Made by a program: the position numbers and the translations under genes | Shown: piece by piece, positions 49,163 to 54,616 of the stretch | How positions within the stretch are numbered: position 1 is the stretch's first letter | Layout: each line of letters opens with the position of its first letter | The notes under the pieces: model-generated | Seen by the model: the letters and a program-made list of their open reading frames with translations, nothing else | Told to the model about the DNA's origin: nothing | Database searches by the model: none | Virus record (IMG/VR): IMGVR_UViG_3300009788_000087 | Source: a virus | Direction: 5' to 3' (one strand) | Length of the DNA stretch: 64,000 nt

Positions 49163-49477
49163 CTACAAACAGATTCTTCCGTATGTTGTTCCGATAATTT
49201 CACCGTCTTCTTTATCGAACCCATCACTCCAAGCACTTACATACATCATACCAGGAATGTCATAACAAGCATCGAAATTAAATTCTGGTTCGATCAACTC
49301 ATCTTTATCGCTTCTGACATTATTCCAATACCAGGACTCGATAGTCTGAAGAGCTTCATCCGTGCAGACAAATTCGTGGTGATACAGTGGTGTGCTAAAA
49401 CATAAATTATGCTTATAGTCGATACCATCTTCGAATTCTGCTAGGACTGAATTTTTACTTGAGCTGTGTAGTTTCAT
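49163..49477 (-). CDS. hypothetical protein
   Basis: AAGGA RBS before MKLHSS. Confidence 0.65.
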   Translation of the reverse strand: MKLHSSSKNSVLAEFEDGIDYKHNLCFSTPLYHHEFVCTDEALQTIESWYWNNVRSDKDELIEPEFNFDACYDIPGMMYVSAWSDGFDKEDGEIIGTTYGRICL

Positions 49478-49494
49478 GATATTCCTTTTCATTC

Positions 49495-49577
49495 GGTGGG
49501 AGCCGGTGGAGTTGAACCACCAACAGCCGAAGCGTCTGGTTTACAGCCAGGTGAGCTCGCCAATGCTCAGCACTCCC
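49495..49577 (-). tRNA. trnY: tRNA-Tyr(GTA)
   Basis: Loop CTGTAAA, long variable arm. Confidence 0.9.
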
Positions 49578-49688
49578 TAGATCAGGCCTTCCACCCGTAC
49601 GATCGGCGTTACCGGTATACCGACTCTTGTTTATTCACCTACCGGCGGATCGACTTAATTTAAAGACGCACGACTAACGTCTGACTTT

Positions 49689-50102
49689 CTATAGAGGTGG
49701 AACGCAGGCCTGAGCATCACAGAAGAAGTCTAGACAGACACATTCCCAACCTTCATTAACCCTACAGTCTTCATTAGCAGTACATTTTTGAAAACAAACT
49801 TTTTCACCGGTCGGATTATACCTGAGACAAAGTTCTGTATCTGGACAGGAGTCTACTAGACAATCCAAACCAGCTTCACATTCTTCGCCGTCGGTGGTGA
49901 GCCACGCACATTCATCAGTACAAAAACCACCGGCAACTTCTGTCTCATCCTGAAATTCTGTTACACAGTTTCCAGATACACATTCTTCACTTAGCTCGCA
50001 CGTCACACCATTTTCTACAGGATCAGGTCCACCAGATCCACACGATGAGGTAATGAGACAAATCGCAAAAATTACAATCGTAAACCCGATAAACTTTTTC
50101 AT
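49689..50102 (-). CDS. Cys-rich lipoprotein
   Basis: Lipobox-like ITSSC after a hydrophobic signal; many Cys in the mature part. Confidence 0.8.
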   Translation of the reverse strand: MKKFIGFTIVIFAICLITSSCGSGGPDPVENGVTCELSEECVSGNCVTEFQDETEVAGGFCTDECAWLTTDGEECEAGLDCLVDSCPDTELCLRYNPTGEKVCFQKCTANEDCRVNEGWECVCLDFFCDAQACVPPL

Positions 50103-50177
50103 TCTTGGTCCTTTCGTGACCCTGTTATACTCTCTTATTATATCAAATCAAGAACCAATGTGAAACTAAAAAGGCCC

Positions 50178-50256
50178 ACCATTGTAAAAGTCAAGATCGA
50201 TTTACACCGACCGCTGTATCTGCTTAACGCTAGTGCCCGGTCTCTAATACAATAGT
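50178..50256 (-). ncRNA. end-paired structured RNA directly after tRNA-Leu CCA
   Basis: ACTATTGTA/TACAATGGT stem; GACCG/CGGTC and GGT-GTAA-ATC hairpins. Confidence 0.45.
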
Positions 50257-50257
50257 C

Positions 50258-50333
50258 TGGTACCGCCGAGTGGATTCGAACCACCACTTTACGCGTTCTA
50301 AGCGCGCTCTCTCTGCCGTTGGAGTACGGCGGT
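50258..50333 (-). tRNA. trnL: tRNA-Leu(TAG), short variable loop
   Basis: Loop CTTAGAA, A73, CCA. Confidence 0.9.
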
Positions 50334-50363
50334 ATAGCTGTTGGATTTGTGATCCAACGATGC

Positions 50364-50440
50364 TGGTGCCCCGAGTGAGATTCGAACTCACACTGTCACG
50401 CGTCTCAGGCGTGTCTCTCTTCCAATTGGAGTATCGGGGC
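50364..50440 (-). tRNA. trnL: tRNA-Leu(GAG), short variable loop
   Basis: Loop CTGAGAC, A73, CCA. Confidence 0.9.
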
Positions 50441-50445
50441 AGATA

Positions 50446-50521
50446 ACTGAGATTAAAGGACTCCCTAACCAAGGAGATTATAACTGATCAATCAGACCTA
50501 CTGGTATTCCAGCGTCTCAGT
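50446..50521 (-). ncRNA. four-way-junction structured RNA
   Basis: ACTGAGA/TCTCAGT stem enclosing three hairpins. Confidence 0.45.
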
Positions 50522-50548
50522 CCGGTTTGTTTCTAGAAAACTCCCCGT

Positions 50549-50620
50549 TGGTACCCTCAAGAGGACTCGAACCTCTCCATTCCGGTTCGTAGCCGGAAGT
50601 TCCATCCAGTGGCTGAGGGC
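50549..50620 (-). tRNA. trnR: tRNA-Arg(ACG) with truncated D-arm
   Basis: TCCGG-CTACGAA-CCGGA; D region GCCACTGGATGGAACT; CCA. Confidence 0.8.
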
Positions 50621-50625
50621 AAACA

Positions 50626-50704
50626 TGGGACCGCCAGCAAAGTCCCACTAACAGGATCCCTCGATTCGGAGTCGAGCCTGCTAAGCATCTCCTATACCTG
50701 GCGA
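50626..50704 (-). ncRNA. tRNA-like RNA with a perfect Arg(CCG) anticodon arm and degenerate D/T arms
   Basis: TCGCCAG/CTGGCGG acceptor-like stem; CTCGA-CTCCGAA-TCGAG. Confidence 0.5.
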
Positions 50705-50723
50705 TCAACCAGACTTTGAAGAC

Positions 50724-50796
50724 GGTACCGCCTGAGAGAATCGAACTCCCGCCACAGCCGTGTAAAGACTAGGCCCTGCCATTAGACGAAGGCGGC
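50724..50796 (-). tRNA. trnV: tRNA-Val(TAC)
   Basis: Loop TTTACAC. Confidence 0.9.
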
Positions 50797-50833
50797 AAAT
50801 TATAACATTTCACTTTGCTAGCATATTTATTCT

Positions 50834-51433
50834 ATGCAACGATTTCTTATTACTGGTTGTCCGAGATCTGGAACTAAATTCATTGCTGACCTCTTAAGCA
50901 ACTTAGGAATTAAATGTGGTTGGGAGCAAATCTATAATTATGATATCGCTGCGTGGGGAGAAGGTGTTGTTGGTGAATCTAGCTGGCTTTCTGTCCAACA
51001 CTTTGATGTTCTTCCAGAAGATGTCATTGTGTTGCACCAAGTTCGTTATCCTCCAGAAGTTATCAAATCAATGATGCACTGGACTATATTAGAATCTGGT
51101 AAAGATAAAGCACATGCTTCTCGAACCACAAATAAACCCGAAAGATATGTCATTAGGGGATCAGAAAGAAGACAGCTGATATACGAAAGATTTTGGGTAG
51201 ACATCAACAATATCATTGCTGAACGTGCAGTGTATAGATGGAAAGTTGAAGATATAGATTTCGAAATTTACAACTTGCTTGACATCATCAAAATCAAAGT
51301 GCCAGAAGACAAAATAAAAAAAGAACTTGAATCAATCAATCGAAAAATAAACTCGGGTCATTATAAAGGACCTAAGCAGTTAAAAGATCCGGATGCAATA
51401 AAGCTCGCAGAATCCTATGGCTACAAACTATAA
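50834..51433 (+). CDS. sulfotransferase-family protein
   Basis: ITGCPRSGTKF 5'-PSB motif, GESSW, VLHQVRYP; only convincing plus-strand gene. Confidence 0.8.
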   Translation: MQRFLITGCPRSGTKFIADLLSNLGIKCGWEQIYNYDIAAWGEGVVGESSWLSVQHFDVLPEDVIVLHQVRYPPEVIKSMMHWTILESGKDKAHASRTTNKPERYVIRGSERRQLIYERFWVDINNIIAERAVYRWKVEDIDFEIYNLLDIIKIKVPEDKIKKELESINRKINSGHYKGPKQLKDPDAIKLAESYGYKL

Positions 51434-51436
51434 ACG

Positions 51437-51525
51437 ATGGGCGTCCTAGGCCAGACTAGACGATACCTCCCTACGTATGCATCCGTAAGTTGAAAGGCAG
51501 TAGGATTTGAACCTGCGTTTCCCAT
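51437..51525 (-). ncRNA. circularly permuted, anticodon-less tRNA mimic (unit D)
   Basis: Order: ATGGG / var / T arm / TGCCTTT-hairpin-GGAGGTA / D arm / CCCAT. Confidence 0.75.
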
Positions 51526-51531
51526 AAACTT

Positions 51532-51619
51532 GAGGTGGCTCTGCCGCTGAGCTACAATTCCTCGTCGGTCATGGCCGAACATCATCAGAATTGGTTGGAT
51601 TCGAACCAACGCACACCCC
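51532..51619 (-). ncRNA. circularly permuted, anticodon-less tRNA mimic (unit C)
   Basis: Order: GGGGT / var / T arm GTTGG-TTCGAAT-CCAAC / CAATTCT-hairpin-GGAATTG / D arm / ACCTC. Confidence 0.8.
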
Positions 51620-51621
51620 TT

Positions 51622-51697
51622 TGGTATCCTCAGATGGATTCGAGCCAACATTCTCCACCATGTCACGGTGGCGCTTTTCCGGTTAAGCTATGAGGAC
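51622..51697 (-). tRNA. trnV: tRNA-Val(GAC)
   Basis: Loop GTGACAT (G32/U38), CCA. Confidence 0.85.
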
Positions 51698-51702
51698 AAA
51701 AC

Positions 51703-51833
51703 TGGTGGGGGAGACGGGATTCGAACCCGCATAACCTGAAGCCCTTTAAAAACTTCGCGCCAGTCCAATTGCTGGACTTCTAGGTGTTAACACCACATAT
51801 AAAGCGGCTGCCTATCCAATCGGCTACTCCCCA
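51703..51833 (-). ncRNA. 131-nt tRNA-like RNA with giant branched variable region and encoded CCA
   Basis: Acceptor, D arm, T arm and ACCA all present; about 60 extra nt 3' of a TTTATAT-loop arm. Confidence 0.7.
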
Positions 51834-51839
51834 AAAACT

Positions 51840-51914
51840 TGGTACCTCGTGTCAGAATCGAACTGATCGTCGTGCGGTTATCGGCCGCACACTCTGCCAT
51901 TGAGCTAACGAGGT
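51840..51914 (-). tRNA. trnI: tRNA-Ile(GAT), C33 variant
   Basis: TGCGG-CCGATAA-CCGCA, CCA. Confidence 0.85.
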
Positions 51915-51920
51915 AAAAAG

Positions 51921-52000
51921 TGGACGCGAAGAGAATCGAACTCTTGTCCTAAATTGTTCCATTTGTCGGCTTACAACCTAGTCGAAACCAGCGCGCGCCC
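51921..52000 (-). ncRNA. ssrA: mini-tmRNA (tRNA-like domain only)
   Basis: GGGCGCG...TGGTTTCGAC, G3:U70, P2a stem, GGAC linker, T arm, A73; only a 15-nt loop where the mRNA domain should be. Confidence 0.75.
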
Positions 52001-52081
52001 TAAAACTGCCTGCCGCCACCCTCCGGACTTCCATCACTGATGTCGTGAGTAGCATACCATTGGGACGTACAGACATAAAGA

Positions 52082-52181
52082 AGAAGGTGGGCCGGACTCG
52101 CACCGGCAAGACTTATCCATGGTTACGTCTTTTATACAGAGCTTGCAAATTCTCTGCACGGACTCTAATACCCGCCCCTCC
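52082..52181 (-). ncRNA. Sec/allo-tRNA-like non-canonical cloverleaf
   Basis: Acceptor with bulged A, compact D arm, 7-bp stem with AATTTGCAAG loop, long variable arm, T arm GCCGG-TGCGAGT-CCGGC. Confidence 0.55.
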
Positions 52182-52188
52182 ATAAAAT

Positions 52189-52262
52189 TGGCAGATGTTG
52201 AAGGAATCGAACCCTCACCTACAGACTTGGAAACTGTCGTGCTACCACTACACCAAACAAAT
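52189..52262 (-). tRNA. trnW: tRNA-Trp(CCA), copy 2, two acceptor mismatches (possibly degenerate)
   Basis: Loop TTCCAAG, G73, CCA. Confidence 0.6.
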
Positions 52263-52269
52263 ATAAAGT

Positions 52270-52408
52270 CACCCACGAGAAGCATTACGACGTGTGTAAG
52301 TCTTCAGCTAATCCTCACATTTCGAACCAAAGGAATAGTACAGATCTTACAGCGATACGTATCTTCTATCTGCCACGATGCTGCAATACGCGCTTGCGAT
52401 GCCGTGGG
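52270..52408 (-). ncRNA. approx. 140-nt end-paired structured RNA
   Basis: CCCACG/CGTGGG plus GCAT/ATGC terminal helices; begins right after tRNA-Met CCA. Confidence 0.45.
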
Positions 52409-52482
52409 TGGTGCTGAAGGGTAGAATCGAACTACCATTATACGCATATGAAACGCACGTTTTCCCGTTAAACTACATCAGC
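52409..52482 (-). tRNA. trnM: tRNA-Met(CAT), elongator-type likely
   Basis: Loop TTCATAT, A73, CCA. Confidence 0.8.
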
Positions 52483-52601
52483 AGAAGAGATAGAAGACAA
52501 CCGTCATGCAACATGCTTGCAATCTATCTCAATGAATCAACAAGTTGCAATTGAAGATCCATAACTCATCCTGAATAGCCCAAGGATTTCCAGACGAGTA
52601 G

Positions 52602-52675
52602 TGCCCGCCGCGAGATTCGAACTCGCAACTCTCACTTTTTGAAAGTGATCCCTCTTCCAATTGGGGTAGACGGGC
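52602..52675 (-). tRNA. trnL: tRNA-Leu(CAA), short variable loop
   Basis: TCACT-TTCAAAA-AGTGA. Confidence 0.9.
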
Positions 52676-52785
52676 TAACGACCGCGATTGAACCCGGCCG
52701 ACACGTTTTTGATTCCGATGCAATTAATATTACAGCAGCTAATGATCGTCCGGTTCGAACATACCAGGAACGTGCTCCTGGATTG

Positions 52786-52858
52786 TGCTCCTGAAGAGAT
52801 TCGAACTCTTGCTGGACCGGGCTTAAACCGGATGTCTCTGCCGTTGGACTACAGGAGC
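52786..52858 (-). tRNA. trnL: tRNA-Leu(TAA), short variable loop
   Basis: Loop TTTAAGC. Confidence 0.9.
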
Positions 52859-52859
52859 A

Positions 52860-52936
52860 TGGGGCGGTAAATCGGATTCGAACCGACATTGGCAAAGTTC
52901 ACAACCTTGTGCATTAACCGTTATGCTATTACCGCC
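52860..52936 (-). tRNA. trnH: tRNA-His(GTG)
   Basis: Encoded G-1:C73, loop TTGTGAA, CCA. Confidence 0.92.
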
Positions 52937-53069
52937 ATAAAAGAGAGGGTCATCATTCAACGATGATGCTCTTAAAGGGCCACGTCATTTAGACAACCCT
53001 CTCGTTGTTTTTATTACATTCACTATTCAATTATCAATGAGCACAGCACCTTTGCGCCATTGTGAGAGT

Positions 53070-53098
53070 ATTATACCATCTCACTTTTCATATGTAAA
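53070..53098 (-). promoter_or_regulatory. sigma70-like promoter
   Basis: TTTACA-17 nt-TATAAT. Confidence 0.75.
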
Positions 53099-53110
53099 CT
53101 CTTATTTGCT

Positions 53111-53185
53111 TGGTGGACATGGGGAGAATCGAACTCCCATCGAGCAGCTTGCAAGGCTGACGTAATCCCGTTATACCACACGCCC
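53111..53185 (-). tRNA. trnA: tRNA-Ala(TGC)
   Basis: G3:U70, loop CTTGCAA, CCA. Confidence 0.92.
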
Positions 53186-53187
53186 GT

Positions 53188-53346
53188 TTACTTTTTCTTA
53201 TCGTATTCTTTCTTTGCTTTAGGTTCCCAATTTTTCGGCGGCTCTTTTCCTTGTAGCCAATTACTAGCTTCGCGCATCGCTGAGTTATTCATGTGTCCAG
53301 AAGCTAGTTTTGTTATTAGTTTTCTTGTCCAGTCGTCTTTTTTCAT
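53188..53346 (-). CDS. small basic protein (52 aa)
   Basis: MKKDDWTRKLITKLASGHM...; overlaps the upstream stop; not in the ORF track. Confidence 0.55.
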   Translation of the reverse strand: MKKDDWTRKLITKLASGHMNNSAMREASNWLQGKEPPKNWEPKAKKEYDKKK

Positions 53347-53675
53347 TTATAACCTAGTTTCTTATTCCACTCTTCTAACATTGCTTCTCGCCCTTTCTTA
53401 GGGCAACCACCGAAACCCCAGTCGACATCAAGGACTTTTCCACAATTTCCACATGCTACTTCCATTAATGGATTATTCTGCGGTCGCCAAGATCCATATT
53501 TACTTTTCTGAAAGATCAAGACGTGTTTTCTACCTTCTTTGCCTTTGCACCATTTCTTCTTATTTTTCTTCTTTGCTTTATGTTTTGGCACGTCTTCTAC
53601 TGACTTGTCGTGCCTGTTATCCCTATGTTTGATGCCGCCTGATTTCCAACTAGTATTATCTTCTTTTAAACGCAT
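53343..53675 (-). CDS. Lys-rich hypothetical protein with CxxC
   Basis: ORF track; coupled. Confidence 0.65.
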   Translation of the reverse strand: MRLKEDNTSWKSGGIKHRDNRHDKSVEDVPKHKAKKKNKKKWCKGKEGRKHVLIFQKSKYGSWRPQNNPLMEVACGNCGKVLDVDWGFGGCPKKGREAMLEEWNKKLGYK

Positions 53676-53836
53676 GAAGAATTTCTTTCGTATTCTAAAA
53701 TTTCTTCTTCTATGTCTATTTGTAATTCTCTTTCTACGCTTGCTTTTTCTTCATTTACTCCGTTTGCCTTGTGTGGTTTGCAGAGTAAACAGCCGGCTCG
53801 TCTATTCTTTGGTCTTTTCCGTTTATGGTTTGCCAT
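53666..53836 (-). CDS. small basic protein (56 aa)
   Basis: MANHKRKRPKNRRAGCLLCKPHK; ATG immediately follows tRNA-Ser CCA. Confidence 0.6.
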   Translation of the reverse strand: MANHKRKRPKNRRAGCLLCKPHKANGVNEEKASVERELQIDIEEEILEYERNSSCV

Positions 53837-53920
53837 TGGAGGAGAGTGGAGTAATCGAAACCCGTACCTTTCAGCACCCCAGGGGTTCAAACCCTGTTCG
53901 TCGCCTTGACGGCACTCTCC
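53837..53920 (-). tRNA. trnS: tRNA-Ser(TGA)
   Basis: Loop TTTGAAC, long variable arm, U73, CCA. Confidence 0.85.
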
Positions 53921-53974
53921 AGTTGCCCGCTCTATCGGCGGGCTATATCTTGTGATATTTACTATCACCCCCTT

Positions 53975-54487
53975 CTAACGTGTTTGTGTTTTGCTTCCAA
54001 CATTATATCTACCAATATTTTTATGTTTTACACAGAAGTCCGCAACGTGCATAGCAGCCCATGAATCTGGCTTCGTAAGAACATTAAATCCCTGACCAGT
54101 GACGTAACCAACAAGTTCTTGCAAATACTTTGAAGACTTGTATCGCAACTTTGGATTTACGTCAATGTGGATACAAAGTTCAACATCCTCCGATAAAACT
54201 TCGTTGAGTTCGAATCCAATCTCAATGCTTTTCGATACTTCCGTGAGAAGACGTTCCCTGAGAGATGTGATGCGTGGCACTTTTTCCGTTGTCCACAGGA
54301 CTCTTCCACCTTTTCCAGGCTTCAAGAGGACAACGACTCGCACGAATTCAGTGATAAGCTCGTGCTGCTGTGAGTCACAACCAACGTGGATCAAGCGATT
54401 ACCATCAGCAGTTGACTTCACAACCTCAGCAACATAATCATCAACATGTTTTCCACTCAACGTCTTCCATGTTAGTACGCTTGCCAT
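53975..54487 (-). CDS. RNase H-like YkuK (DUF458) family protein
   Basis: IHVGCDSQ, RERLLTEVSKS, IHIDVN, KPDSWAAMHVAD. Confidence 0.85.
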   Translation of the reverse strand: MASVLTWKTLSGKHVDDYVAEVVKSTADGNRLIHVGCDSQQHELITEFVRVVVLLKPGKGGRVLWTTEKVPRITSLRERLLTEVSKSIEIGFELNEVLSEDVELCIHIDVNPKLRYKSSKYLQELVGYVTGQGFNVLTKPDSWAAMHVADFCVKHKNIGRYNVGSKTQTR

Positions 54488-54506
54488 TTTCTTCCTTTCT
54501 TTCTCC

Positions 54507-54580
54507 TGGTTCGGAAACGAGGGATTGAACCTCGATTAAGCGAGTCAAAGTCGCTTGTCTTACCATTAGACCATTCCCGA
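54507..54580 (-). tRNA. trnQ: tRNA-Gln(TTG)
   Basis: U1-A72, loop CTTTGAC, CCA. Confidence 0.9.
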
Positions 54581-54583
54581 ATG

Positions 54584-54616
54584 AAAAAGGGACCGCCCTT
54601 TCGAGCAGCCCCTTTT
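54584..54616 (-). terminator. intrinsic terminator
   Basis: AAGGGGCTGC-TCGAAAG-GGCGGTCCCTT hairpin followed by a T-run. Confidence 0.7.

Noticed and set aside
51493-51561. Apparent ordinary (pseudo) tRNA: GGAATTG-D arm-...-T arm-TGCCTTT
   Set aside because: The acceptor and anticodon stems do not pair. Each half pairs well with its partner in permuted units C and D instead.
51703-51833. Group I intron-containing tRNA
   Set aside because: The insert is only about 60 nt, with no recognisable P7 core.
51921-52080. Two-piece (permuted) tmRNA
   Set aside because: The TLD 5' and 3' strands are in normal order and joined by a 15-nt loop; no tag ORF or pseudoknots seen adjacent.
52082-52181. tRNA-Sec call
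   Set aside because: The loop contains TTGCAA, not TTCAA; there is no UCA anticodon.
42731-54437. Track ORFs running through tRNA genes (e.g. 42913-43110, 44795-45103, 44856-45113, 50230-50472, 50517-50708, 51421-51666, 52034-52285, 52529-52895, and the N-terminal extensions of 46483-47034 and 53666-53968)
   Set aside because: They overlap high-confidence RNA genes and have no RBS or protein-like composition.
42771-54580. Stop-codon recoding or suppressor tRNAs
   Set aside because: No CTA, TTA or TCA anticodon found; long ORFs are intact in code 11.
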